Source: Salisapilia sapeloensis CBS 127946
Taxonomy: Eukaryota > Protista > Oomycota
Length of the DNA: 64,000 bases
Reading direction: 5' to 3'
Assembly: GCA_023334545.1 (NCBI GenBank)
Contig: JAADVB010000070.1
Location: forward strand, 10,404 to 74,403
In this document: positions 36,805 to 48,582 of the stretch, piece by piece
Position numbering within the stretch: the stretch's first letter is position 1
Layout of the letters: every line of letters starts with the position of its first letter
The notes under the pieces: model-generated
What the model saw: only the letters and a program-made list of their open reading frames with translations
Told to the model about the DNA's origin: nothing
Databases searched by the model: none
Made by a program: the position numbers and the translations under genes

Positions 36805-38247
36805 ATGAAGGAAGAACTAGCACGGAAGGAAGAGCTTTTGGCTGAATCCGAAGACCTTCTTAGTCGAGGTCTCCAGGCTCATGTAGATTTCCATGACCAA
36901 AATCAAGACCGCTTTCGATTTTTGAAACAAAAAGGCACACTGGGTATCTACGCAGATCTGTCGGCGGAACAAAATGGTCCGCCGGAACGAACCACGGTGA
37001 TGGTATCTGGAGTTTTACCAGGAGAGATCCCTACTATTTTAGAAGGACTCTACGCGGATACGAGCGAGGACGTCCAAATCGTCGCGACCATGTCATCGGG
37101 CCGGTACATTCCAAGACTAGTCATGTCTTGATATCTTATTCATGTTTTTATCTCTAGTCCAACGAGCGGATCGGTCATACATGTCTTTTACGGTAAGGAG
37201 AGCCAAGAGAATCAAACGGATGAAGATATTTTCTTTGGTATCAAGCACCAAATTGTGAAAACTCCACTTGGTAAGCTTGTCTCCGATCGAGAGATTCTAG
37301 CCCATGAGCGATCGGGCTACGTCATGCATGAAGGCATCCGGTTCGGTTTCATCTGTACAAAGGCCATGGAGCTAGAGGAACATCCACCGATAGTAAGTCC
37401 ATCCACTGTTAGCGCTTGCTACCTCTTCCGTCCCGTCGGAGAGCACTCCATCGGTGTCTTTGTCTTCTCTGACTTTGAGACACCTCCGCTGGGTATTTCA
37501 TTTCTTGCCAAGCTAGTGGGTTCAAAATACGCCTCAGCAATGGTGAACGCATTGCTTTCTGGTTACGCGAAAGCGTACTCTGCCTTGATCAAGGAAAATA
37601 GCGCGGAGAAGCAGGAAGATAGTAAAAACTGCAGCGTATGTGGGTCTCATCCTCTCATTCGAAAACTGCGCCCATGTGCTGGGTGTAGCTCCCAAGTTTG
37701 CTACAACTGCCGCTACCGACGAGTGCTCTTTGCTCTTTGCCCCAAGTCGAAGAAACCGAAGAAAGCGATATTCTGTCGTGTTTGCGTTGGTCAAGTGGAG
37801 AATCAGCTTCCGCTCCCCCACTCTAGTCTGCGTCAGCTCGATTCAGCTGAACGTGAGTGTGTGGGCGACGAGCACGAAGACAAGGATTCCGATGCAAGCG
37901 ATCCGTCAACAAAGTCGAGCACGCTGCACCACTCGCAAACTACTTCACGAGCTGACGTCGAAGAATGCGAGAGCTCTGAACCACCGGAGTCTGAGGTTGA
38001 AGCTGAGGAGAATTTGAAAGCAGAGGCGGAGCGTAAAGCGGATCAGTGCATGTACGAAGAGCTAAAAATCTCTGGCGTGCAGTGGAATGAAGAAGAGCGA
38101 CAGAGACTCTCTGACGCATGGGCCGAGAGAATACTGAAGCAAGAACAGAGCGAGCTGGAGCGAAAGGCAGAGCGAGAGGAGGAAAAAAATCGTCGAGAAC
38201 AAGTCGAGAATGAGGCAAAAGACATTGACATCAGCGTGCTAGATTAA
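36805..38247 (+). CDS. SF9: START-like + FYVE-like protein (~462 aa, 2 exons; ends IDISVLD)
   Basis: Exons 36805-37103 and 37158-38247 (54-nt intron); splicing restores GSVIHVF; four CxxC pairs. Confidence 0.83.
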
Positions 38248-38288
38248 GTACCTCCAGACAAAAAGCAGTTTAAATGAGACTTGGGCTT

Positions 38289-39623
38289 TTAGCGTTCTTC
38301 TTGTGGGGTTGATAAGTCTGCTTTAAAGTCTTCCGTCTCCTCTGCATTCCAACTAAGATCGGTGTCACGTTGAGCCCAGAAGGAGGATAGGACGCGTTCT
38401 AAAGCTCTCTCCGGGTCTTCTTTTTTTCGTTCTTTTGTTGCTTTTCCATGTCCAAGATCTGAATCTTCTGATGTGATTGATAAGGTAGAGTTTCTAGGTT
38501 CCCATGAAGTAGGTAGTGATGGCGACGATAGCCCGTTTGACGCTGACTCGCTGTCGTCCATTGTATTCGTATCGCCGGAATGGTTGGATGGTAAATCTTC
38601 CTGATCGACGCGTTCAACTGTGGTAACGCAGACTGCACAAAAGAGACTTGAGTGCACCTTTAGCCCCGTCCGAGAGTATATCTTGCGTCTGTGAAGACAC
38701 TTTCGACATGTATATCGACCGCATCCTTTGCATGGCTTCAGTTTACGACTAAACATGGATGGTGTGTCAGAGCAAATGCTGCATATATCGCTTCGGGTGG
38801 GAACAACTGATGTATTTGACTCGATCAATGCCGAGTACGCCTTGGCTCGGGCGATCATCACGTAGCTAGAAGCAGAATGGACGTAGCTACTGATAGTGTA
38901 CTCGAGGAGGGGAGTGAGGTATTTATTGGTAACCTGGACTTCAGTGATGGTAAAGACGCCGACACATTCGTCCATAAAGTGGCGAAAGAGATAGCACGTT
39001 TGAGTATAAAGTTCAGGAACTTGAAGACGAACGCGGTCTGGTAATTCAGGTAGACTCAACGTTTGTATCGTTTGATACGTTAATTGGTTGCCGGCTTCAT
39101 CCAGAATGTGGCCGCTTCGGTCATAGCTGATCATCTGACGATCGGAGATACCAGGCGCACCGACTTTGATATAAGTCCATCGCAAGCAGGCAGACATGAC
39201 GCTTGACTCAATCTTATTTTGCTCGAAGCATTTGATCACCGTCGCATCCGTAAATGCATCGTTGACGAGGCGGACCTTTGTGAGGCAAGAGCCGTCATCG
39301 TCAATGTCGATTTCTAAACATGAGATGATCTCTTTCATCGAACCTCGAACAAAGCCACTGCACATAAGTGTCAGCAGTGGTGTCCCGTCATCCATGCACT
39401 TCTGTGTATCGCTTGGACCGTGTGCCTTACGATCAGAGTATACCCGTAGACCTCCCTGTCGCCGGACCAAAGCCCAGTTAGAGTTTTCATTATGGTAATG
39501 ATAGCGCTGATACGTATGCAATGTGCTCTTAACAAGCGCGTCAGAAAGCTCATCTTGTTCGCACTTTCGACCTTCACTGAACACAATCTCGCCAGCTTCG
39601 CGAACGCGATCCGTCAAGTTCAT
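38289..39623 (-). CDS. SF10: START-like + FYVE-like protein (444 aa, intronless; ends TPQEER)
   Basis: Single ORF; close paralogue of SF12. Confidence 0.85.
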   Translation of the reverse strand: MNLTDRVREAGEIVFSEGRKCEQDELSDALVKSTLHTYQRYHYHNENSNWALVRRQGGLRVYSDRKAHGPSDTQKCMDDGTPLLTLMCSGFVRGSMKEIISCLEIDIDDDGSCLTKVRLVNDAFTDATVIKCFEQNKIESSVMSACLRWTYIKVGAPGISDRQMISYDRSGHILDEAGNQLTYQTIQTLSLPELPDRVRLQVPELYTQTCYLFRHFMDECVGVFTITEVQVTNKYLTPLLEYTISSYVHSASSYVMIARAKAYSALIESNTSVVPTRSDICSICSDTPSMFSRKLKPCKGCGRYTCRKCLHRRKIYSRTGLKVHSSLFCAVCVTTVERVDQEDLPSNHSGDTNTMDDSESASNGLSSPSLPTSWEPRNSTLSITSEDSDLGHGKATKERKKEDPERALERVLSSFWAQRDTDLSWNAEETEDFKADLSTPQEER

Positions 39624-40358
39624 AAGAAGCAGACGTGACTATACTGGTGCGTATCGACAAATGGAGAGCCTTAGTGTCGTGCGCTTGAATACGCTCCATG
39701 CGAACCGAATAATGAGTTTGGCCGCAGCACGCAAGGCCGGTCATAAACAGTCCGTAAATACATCATTCGTCACTTTTCGCATGGATTGTGGCGTGCCAAT
39801 GACTATTCATACACTTTCAAAATCAAGGGAGTTTCAGGTCACGATCTACATACATGTACAAGCAGTCTACCTAACGGTCACCGAGTATTTACAATGTAAA
39901 TACGCATCCTTTTGCGTGCACATGAGACCTCGATTAGGGCAAGTAATACCGATCAGTTGGTTCAGCTGAAGTCAACTTTGGAAGCATTTATATGTTCTAG
40001 CGCTCTACTAAATCTACATCGAGTCGACTTTTGCTGCAGAGGGTGCTGCTGTAACGCTGATATGCATGTATCCGCATCGGGAGGGTACAGAACAGACGGA
40101 TGCATGGACGTAAGGGGTCATTCTGGAAATCTGCCAACTTCAAATTATGACGAAAGTGCTTTTGATACATGATCATGTTGGTGATAATTTGCCACCGTGT
40201 CAAAGTTCGAATAAAATAGTAATGGAAAGGCTTAGCATGCAGGGACGCGGTCTTCTATCAGAACTTTAGTCCCAGCTTTCAATCTCCTACACGCCTATAG
40301 TTCACAATTAGAAGTTTAGTCGAGGTACCAAGCCTGACTAGGTTCATTTGAAAAGAAG

Positions 40359-41669
40359 ATGGATATCAAAGACATGGGTCTCGCCGAGAGGATCCATGCT
40401 GGCGGTCCTATCGAGTTCTCTCCAGCACGAAAGCAAGCGCTTGACAACCAATGTAGCACCCTCCTTCAGCGAACGATGGAGGCGTATGAAGCGTATCAGT
40501 TTGACAATGATACGAGCTGGAGACTTATTCGGCGACGCAGTGCACTCGGTGTCTACAAAAAGAAACTTCCAACAGCAGAAAACAGCTCAACGTTCATGTG
40601 CACAGGCTTCATAGGAGGTAGATTTGATGAAATTCCGTTAGGAATGATCACTAGTTCGAATGACGAGTTGGAGACACATCACTCTGTTATGGGAAGCAAC
40701 TACATTGATGCAACTCTGGTCGCTAAAGTCGAGCAGGACTCCTTTGATTCGCCTCTATTCTTTTCCATGGTCCGATGGTTAGTCTTTAAACTGGGGTTCA
40801 GTGATCGTCAGACCATGACGTACGAAAGAGGAGGTAGGACCTACGACTCACACGGTCAGGAGCTCATATATCATGTTCTAACGTCAATCGACCTACTTGA
40901 GCTTCCGCGGTCTCTTCACTTGGATCTCCAATACTCGGATGTTCGAATGTGCTACTTGTTTCGACATCTTCGGGAAAACACGATTGGTGTCTTCCTACTC
41001 AGTGATGTCCAGCTGCCCGACTCCTTTGGCAAATCCTTCATGGAGTACATCTCAGCTGCATACATCATGAACGTTGACTCCTACGTCATTATAGCACGCG
41101 CTCGAGCTTACTCTGCACTGGTGGCCGCGACCGCCACAAAAGAGTCCTCTGTCAGTTCAAAATGTGATATCTGTCTTGCCCTCCCTTCCTTCATCCGAGG
41201 CGAGCTAAAGAACTGTTCGGGTTGCCTCCGCAATGTATGCCGTAAATGTCGTCTCAATCGCATGGTATTCCGTCGTCGTACGAATATACGCAAGTGCGAA
41301 ACTGAACGCTTTTGTAAACGATGTGTCGCGATCGTAGAGCATCCGAAGGATTTCAGTCATGTGCACGAGTTTCGTGGGTACACCCAAGAAGAGTCAAGCT
41401 CTGCAACGATGTCATCTCAAGGATATGAACCTGGTGCATCGTTTAGTTCAAGCGAACAGAGGATGAATTCTTTGAATAGCATGTCAAACGCATCCATCGT
41501 GACAGCCCATGCTTCTGAACCGCGACAAAGTGAAGTGTCTTATGTAGACACGGAGCAAGAACTTCGAAAACTACTGGCAAACTTACGTGGTGTACAAAGT
41601 ATCGGCAGTGTGGACGATATGGCTGGAAGTATGCAATCTTTAAATATGGGAGAAGAGAAAAAAGAGTAG
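40359..41669 (+). CDS. SF11: START-like + FYVE-like protein (436 aa, intronless; ends MGEEKKE)
   Basis: Single ORF; N-terminus (ERIHAGGPIEFS) and SYVIIARARAYS linker resemble SF10/SF12. Confidence 0.85.
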   Translation: MDIKDMGLAERIHAGGPIEFSPARKQALDNQCSTLLQRTMEAYEAYQFDNDTSWRLIRRRSALGVYKKKLPTAENSSTFMCTGFIGGRFDEIPLGMITSSNDELETHHSVMGSNYIDATLVAKVEQDSFDSPLFFSMVRWLVFKLGFSDRQTMTYERGGRTYDSHGQELIYHVLTSIDLLELPRSLHLDLQYSDVRMCYLFRHLRENTIGVFLLSDVQLPDSFGKSFMEYISAAYIMNVDSYVIIARARAYSALVAATATKESSVSSKCDICLALPSFIRGELKNCSGCLRNVCRKCRLNRMVFRRRTNIRKCETERFCKRCVAIVEHPKDFSHVHEFRGYTQEESSSATMSSQGYEPGASFSSSEQRMNSLNSMSNASIVTAHASEPRQSEVSYVDTEQELRKLLANLRGVQSIGSVDDMAGSMQSLNMGEEKKE

Positions 41670-42227
41670 TAATCAAACTAATTCATATTGCATATGAGAA
41701 TTGCTTTGCGGATACTAGAGGAGTTGGTCCCTTCTCATTCATTTTGCTATCTCTTGCGATCTATGGAGCCACCAGACCAAGCAGAGGTACTCTCGCTACT
41801 TGACGTTCCGGCTTTAGATAGCAAGTTTGGTCGTTTTCGACGCGACCATACCCATCTCTTTCGACAACTCCATCTTCGGTTACACCTGAGAGGCAATGAA
41901 GCTTCCCCGGATATTTCGGCTACAGTCGTTGTTCACACTGTGGAGTGATCTTTTTATTGCTTGCAAGAGTCATTTAGCTAGCTGGTAGATCTGGAAGTCT
42001 AAATCCAAACGTTAATCGCCCTATAAACTAATAATTTTTGTGCACGTTCCAAACTTCAACCCCTTCCTTATTTACGATATTAATTATAAATAGTTATTTG
42101 CTGTACTTTTAATTCTGTTTTTATTTCTAGAACTCGCTAAATTTGAAAAAAAGAAATCGAGCAATCTTTTTTGCTGAGTCCTGCAGCTTAAGCACCAAAA
42201 TGCAAATTCTCATGTAAGCTGGAAGGA

Positions 42228-43568
42228 TCATTGTCCTGTGTGTGGATTTGAAGACTCGGTTTTAACTTCTTCTTCTTCCTCCTCGTCAGTATTCCTGGCT
42301 AGATCTGTGTTACGCTCAGACCAAAGCGATGACAGCGCACGCTGTAAGGCTTCGTTCGCATTGTCATCCTCCCTTAGTCTTTCCATGTACCAACGTTCTA
42401 AATTCGAGGATCCGCTCGTCATCGACAGACTGGACTCTCCAGAATCCCACGATGTGGACACCATGGAAGACGACATACCACTCGACGTCGACTCGCTGTA
42501 ATACTTGCTATTAGGGCCGCTAGAATTACTTGAAGATATGTTGCTCTGGTCAACGCGTTCAACCGTGGCTACGCAGACGGCACAGAAGAGACTTTCATGT
42601 ATCTTTAGTCCTGTCCGCCGCAAGAGCTTACGCCTATGTAGACACTTACGGCATGTGAATCGACCACATCCTTTGCATGTCTTAAGATTGCGGCTAAACA
42701 TTGTTGGTGCGCAAGAGCAAACGCCACAAATGTCACTGCGGGTGGCAACAACCGACACATCTGACTCCATCAATGCCGAGTACGCCTTGGCTCGACCAAT
42801 GGTCACATAGCTAGAAACAGTATTGACATAGTTTCCGGCGATGAACTCAAGAAAGGGAGAAAGAAACTTGTGTGGTGACCGAATCTCACTAACTGTAAAG
42901 ACACCAACGTATTCGCCCTTAAAGTGGCGAAATAGGTAGCATGTTTTAACAGGTAGTTCGGGGATCGGAAGACGAATGTGTTCCGGTAGTTCAGGTAGAC
43001 TCAACGTTTGTATCGTTTGATACGTAAATTTATTGCCAGCTTCATCCATGATTTGACCGCAGCGGTCATAGCTGATGACCTGACGCTCGGATATACCAGG
43101 CATCCCCAACTTCATGTACGTCCAACGTAAGGAAGCTGACATGACGCTCGACTCAGTGTCGTTCTTTTCTAACCATTTAAGCACGGTCGAATCCTTGTAT
43201 GCGTTACTGGCGAGGCGGAGCTTTGTGAGGAATATATCATCGTCATTAATATCGAGATCCAAAGTAGATATAATGTCTTGTATGGAGCCTCGAACGAATC
43301 CAGTGCACATAAGTGTTAATAACAATGTGCCGTCGTCTGTGTACCTCGTGGCATCGCTCGAACTCTGTGCCTTGCGATCAGAGTATACACGAAGACCTCC
43401 TTGTCGCCGGACCAAATTCCAATTAGAGTTGTCGTTGTGGTAGTAGTACCGTTGATAGGCGTGTAATGTGCTCTGAACAGATGCGTCCGAAAGCTCATCT
43501 CGCTCACGTTTCCGATCGTCACTAAACGTGATCCCACCGGCTCCTCGAACGCGATCCGTTAAGCTCAT
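42228..43568 (-). CDS. SF12: START-like + FYVE-like protein (446 aa, intronless; ends NPHTGQ)
   Basis: Single ORF; close paralogue of SF10. Confidence 0.85.
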   Translation of the reverse strand: MSLTDRVRGAGGITFSDDRKRERDELSDASVQSTLHAYQRYYYHNDNSNWNLVRRQGGLRVYSDRKAQSSSDATRYTDDGTLLLTLMCTGFVRGSIQDIISTLDLDINDDDIFLTKLRLASNAYKDSTVLKWLEKNDTESSVMSASLRWTYMKLGMPGISERQVISYDRCGQIMDEAGNKFTYQTIQTLSLPELPEHIRLPIPELPVKTCYLFRHFKGEYVGVFTVSEIRSPHKFLSPFLEFIAGNYVNTVSSYVTIGRAKAYSALMESDVSVVATRSDICGVCSCAPTMFSRNLKTCKGCGRFTCRKCLHRRKLLRRTGLKIHESLFCAVCVATVERVDQSNISSSNSSGPNSKYYSESTSSGMSSSMVSTSWDSGESSLSMTSGSSNLERWYMERLREDDNANEALQRALSSLWSERNTDLARNTDEEEEEEVKTESSNPHTGQ

Positions 43569-46021
43569 TGCAAGCAGGCGTGTCTGGAATGCTGATTATT
43601 GGTAAATGAAGGGCATGGATCTCGTTAGTTCGAGGATGCTCTGTGCGAGGAGAATAATAAGCTAGGCCGTCGTACGCAAATTCGGTCATAGACAGTCCTT
43701 GGAGATGGAATTCATCACATTTTGTGCGAGGAATCTCACAATTGTGAATTTGAATCCAATTCCATTTTAGGAGACGTTACAGACCATGGTCTACTTGCAT
43801 GTGAAAGAAGTCTATCTAACAGCCATAGACTCTTCATCATGCCAATTAGCGTCACTACTGCACGTCCATGACACCTTTGTCAGGTCATGTAATGCTGGTC
43901 AGGACGTACAACTAAGAATCATCTTTAAATAAAAAGCGAAGATGTATCTATTCTATCGTTCTACTAAACTAGATCAAATAGACTTTTACCGTAGAGAGTA
44001 TCTGTGTAATGCTGATACGATCGTATACACAACACAAGTACCTAGAATTTGAAAAGCTATAGTCTCAAAAGCGGCCTGACACTAAGTCAATAAAGAAGTA
44101 TTCATGCTATGCTAAGACGCTACCAGTAACTGGATGGCGAGTTTATAATAAAATAAAATGTTCTAACCCGATTTCGAGATTTTTTCAATAAAACGATAAA
44201 AATCGACCTCATGTGGTTGATTTCTTCCAAGTTTCAAGCGATACTTGATATTTGGCCGACAATTGTTTATCGCTACATTCTTCTGAGAAGGCACGTTTGT
44301 ATGATAAAAGCAATATTGCTGGAATGTTGATAAAATCCGATTCTAAGTTTCTACAAGAGAGCATGCAAGCGAACTTGGAGTACAAGATTCTATCTCATTG
44401 TTTGACGAGCTACTTTGGTGGTCGACTTGAGTTGTCGACAAAACAACCAGGGCATTATCGTACTTTAGGAATATCGTAAAACTGTGCAGGTCGGTGAGAG
44501 TTTGTATATTCGCTGACGCCGCTACGTTTCACTTGGTGTGTACATAAGATCAGGAAACGAAAGTGAAATTTTTTTGATTTCGTCCGAAGACTCGGTCAGG
44601 TATCGTGTAGTCGAGATCTTGTACTGCTACAGATATGAAGACTATTTATTCGGCGGGAACAAGGCCTTCCATCAGAACTTTAGTTCACGCTTTTGCCTTC
44701 CTACACATCTACGTCATAGTTTAAAATCCTGTCATTGTTCTAAGCTTGACAGGGTCCATCTTCAAAGCAAATGTTCAACGTCAAAGACATGAATCTTACG
44801 AAGAGAGTCCATTCTCGCGACTCCATCGGTTTCCTCTAGTGCGCAGGTAGTTGATCACGTTTGATATTTAAAAGATGAGTAAAAATTGTGTATGCAGAAA
44901 GCTATATGCATTGGTGTGGGGTTGCCACATAGTCAGGCATGTATCTAACCTCAACATAGTACTCAAAGGATCTCTACTACGATTTTTCGCTTGGCAGCGA
45001 ATGTTCTCTTTGTTCAATTCTTACTCATCGATACGTTATGAACGATCTTAGGGATCAAGGATCGTGCCTGCGCCTCCAGGATCCCAGGCAGGATCCCGGA
45101 AGCCTTCTCCGACCGCTCGCAAGCTACGCAGACTTTCCAGCTAGCCAGACTAAATCCTAGTAGAGTAGTTAGCAGGCAATTTGCATCAATATACCTAGCA
45201 CTTTACCATGATACAGCTCATATGTGGAGCCTTTCAGACATGCATAAGTATCGATATGGAGATATCTCCGTATGATCAAAGTGAGGAAATGTTTGGAAGC
45301 GTATGATAAAGATATACCGTCTTCTTAGCAAGACGTCAATGCATTTAATCTCATGGCTAAATGAATATCTCTGCTTTTATTAATAAATCTGCTATATCTT
45401 GGCTATCTACGTTAGCTGCTTTCAATTTATGTTTGTATTAATATCATATCAATGATTCTGCTTTCCTATGAAAGTCTACTCACGCATCCACATTTTGGTA
45501 ACTACCCATGCGAAATCAGCTACAGCTTGGCGGATTCCAATTTAAGTGCTAGATTATCGCAACAGCTTTAGATCCATTTTTTCTAGACAGCAGTCTACAC
45601 ATTGTGTCTGGATGAGTTGTACATTAGACACGCAAACGTTTTTACATTTGTTTCTACATTAGAAATTTAGTGTCACGGATCGCTACACTCGGCTCGTCTG
45701 CGATTCGACTTTACCTACTGCCGGTACCATTTAAAAACCTCAACCATGTATCCAAGTGTTGTTTCTGCGTCACGTTCTTTGTGCTCTACATCACACGCTT
45801 CTTAGGCACGAAATAAACTTTTTGTCTTCATTTACAAGATCTGCCACTTCACTATTAATGCAGAAGCTGTTCATGTGCGTATGAAATAACCATAAAGGAA
45901 TCTAAATTGCTTCACTGTTTTGATGTTACCAGATTAATAAGCAAAGCTGAGTTCTAGCAGCCGAGTGCTATACGACCTACTATCCCTCTGATATGTAACA
46001 CTCCAAATTGGATTTCGTATA

Positions 46022-47511
46022 TTAGTCCAATAATCGTATATCCAAGGATCCCCACTTCAGGCGTTCGCCGTTCTCACCGTATTTACTCGTTGGTATGTGT
46101 GGGACACTTTTTTCCACCGAGAATCGTTGTAACTCTTCCTCATTCCATACAATGCTTGTGTCTTGCGATGCACAGTCGTTATGAAGTAAGTCTGCCAAAG
46201 CTTGGTCAACATCATTGTCATTCATCATCTCTGACGCCGAGGCTACCACTTCTTTTTCGCTTCTGTTTGAAGGTGTATACTCATAAATACCTGCTTGATT
46301 GTCTCTATCGAATAAGTTGTGGAAGGCGGCTTCTGAAGGCGAAAGCTCGCTGCGAGCAGTCGAGTCAAAGCCCTCTCTTGAAAAATCAGCTTCCGACGAC
46401 GATGAAGACCCAAAATACAGTGCAAACGATTTTGCTAAATCCCCATCTTGATGATGCAGCTGAACGCCAACAAGGCAGTCCGTACAGAACGTTTCCTTTT
46501 CTGGTCGACAGCATTTCAGCTGCAGTTTGAAAATGACGTGGTTTCGACGACATCGTTTGCATACTTGCTTGTGACAGCCAGCACAACGAACAAGTTTGCT
46601 GAATAGTGGTGGTTGTAACCCACACTGGTCACAAGCGACACTAAGGGATGTCTTCCGTTCAGCTGCTTCAAGCATGAGGGCTGAGAGAGCCTTTGCTCTC
46701 GCAGCTCGTACGCATGAAGCGGCGAATGACATGATGATATTGATAAGCAAATCAGGGACGATGCCCAGAATGAGCTTTGGTACTCGAGCCTTAAGTAGCC
46801 CGAATATACCGACACATCCTTTCGTGACATCTCGATTCAAGAGCACAATGGTGTATTGTGCTTTGGACTTCCTCGAGTGTTTGTCTCTTGTTTCGGCGGC
46901 ATTAATCGGGATAATGACGCGGTACGTTAATTTTTCTTGGGCAGCATTGTAGACGTATCCAATGCGCTAGTAGGACTCATTTATGTATCATGCAACGTAA
47001 TGGATAATTTGAAGAGTAGTACCTCATAAGTGACAATTTCCCGCGGAGCTGTTAATGGTATAAACGGTAGCTGGAGGGCCTTCCACGTCATACTCTCGAG
47101 GAAAACCCGGGATCCTGGCGGATTTTTCTGGTAGACATGTACGACGGAAGAATCTAGTAGCGTCCGAGGCAAGGTAATGCTGCTCACAACTCGGTGGACT
47201 TCAGTCGTATCAGCGTATAGACCACGAACAACTTCTTCGGCAGACCCAGGCACGATTCCACTCACTACATAGGCTTGCCTGACTTCTTCGCTAGAAGATT
47301 TGTCCTCTTGAAAGTAGACCGAAGCAGCTCGTTTTGTTCTGACAAGTTTCCAGTGAGCACATGTTCGCTGCTTTACATGGAAGTTATCGTGTTCTACAAT
47401 CGCTTGATCCAACAATTCATCGGCAGTCTCCGAAAGTTGCTGACGTCGTTCTTCGCTTAGTTCATCAGGGTGAAGACCACTCAAGGCGTCATGCGTTAAC
47501 GGTAGGTCCAT
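46022..47511 (-). CDS. SF13: START-like + FYVE-like protein (~477 aa, 2 exons; ends WGSLDIRLLD)
   Basis: Exons 47511-47023 and 46966-46022 (56-nt intron at TYE|RIG). Confidence 0.85.
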
Positions 47512-47521
47512 TTAGCTCGAA

Positions 47522-47537
47522 GCAAATTAAAAAGTGA
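47522..47537 (-). promoter_or_regulatory. Oomycete-type Inr+FPR core promoter of SF13
   Basis: Minus strand TCACTTT-TT-AATTTGC fits YCAYTYY-NN-MWTTTNC and ends ~10 nt before the ATG at 47511. Confidence 0.65.
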
Positions 47538-47780
47538 AGTGCGATGGGAAGGTCGCATAGAGCAGGTACATGCAGGAAGATTAGAACAAAGTCATGGACC
47601 GCATGTTTAGACGTATCCCAGTCAAAGGATACAGGAATTTGCATAGGTCTCTGACCAACACAGCACAAAGACAATGGAAATGTAGAAAAAAGTGATTAAA
47701 AGGAAAAAATACATTCAAACTTACCACGAATTAAACTTATCCGGACTTAATATTCCGCGCAAGTTACATCACTTCTATGT

Positions 47781-48220
47781 TCAGTCGACTGAGTTCATTT
47801 CGAGAGAGCCCCAGTTACGAGATCGACAGGCCTATCGCTTCTTCGTGCTCACTCGAAAGCGTACTACAACACACTGGAAATTGATGCCTTTCATCCACAT
47901 TTCACTCCGCCTCTCCCTGATGTGATGACCGGACTCGCCCCAGCAGACTTGATAGCCCCTTTACCACATCACTCTCTCGGTATGACTTCGGACTGGTCAT
48001 TTGACTCGTTCCGTCGCAAGCTTCTGGTGTTAATAGGTTATCGGACACTTTGATATCATCTGGAAGTAGGAAAGGTGTGGACCCTTCTGACAAGATTGAC
48101 ATGACTTCGTCTGATGGCGACATGGCAAACCATGGTCTCCGACCAATTTGATCTTTCACGGTTTCCAGTCCTGGTGTAGACGTTTTGGCACCATATTCTT
48201 CCGTCGTTAAAAGCCTTATG
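47781..48220 (-). pseudogene. Remnant of an SF15 duplicate: 3' third only, with a nonsense codon and a frameshift
   Basis: Translates GRRPWFAMSPSDEVMSILSEGSTPFLLPDD, as in SF15. TGG>TGA at the W of the WN motif, a 2-nt deletion before WGSLEMNS, and a final SVD-stop. START and FYVE parts absent. Confidence 0.85.
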
Positions 48221-48582
48221 AATCGAGTATATTTATAAAACGTTTTCCATGATACAATTGGAGCAAAAGATATCGCATTGGATACCTGTGTATAACCTTT
48301 GGAAATGAAGGTACAAGCGTAGCATGCGACTAATGCACCTTGGATTGCGACTGGTAGTTTCAAGTGAGCTATGACTCTCGCGATAACGTTCAAGCCCGCA
48401 TTTAATTACATGAAGACAGAGGCCAATTTGGGCGGTCCAACGCTACTACAATCAAGGTCGCTTCAAAGAGCAACTGGTCTAACGATACCGGACTAAGCGG
48501 TAACCTACGATAATTTCTAGCAGTCGAGAATCATATGAACTAAAGACTATTAACTGACACCACGAAAGAGTTTGATACTATA

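Larger units (their letters stand above)
46022..48220. repeat. Copy 1 of a direct ~2.2 kb segmental duplication (SF13 + spacer + 3' end of an SF15-like gene); copy 2 is ~48583-50790
   Basis: SF13 and SF14 have identical exon lengths (489+945 nt). Spacers share near-identical text (e.g. GGACTTAATATTCCGC..AAGTTACATCACTTCTATGTTCAGTCGA at ~47742 and ~50308). Similarity continues into the SF15 tail. Boundaries approximate. Confidence 0.85.

Noticed and set aside
47902-48393. 163-aa ORF as an independent gene
   Set aside because: Only its 3' part is homologous (the SF15 remnant); the 5' part is chance read-through from a non-ATG start, and the homologous frame is broken.
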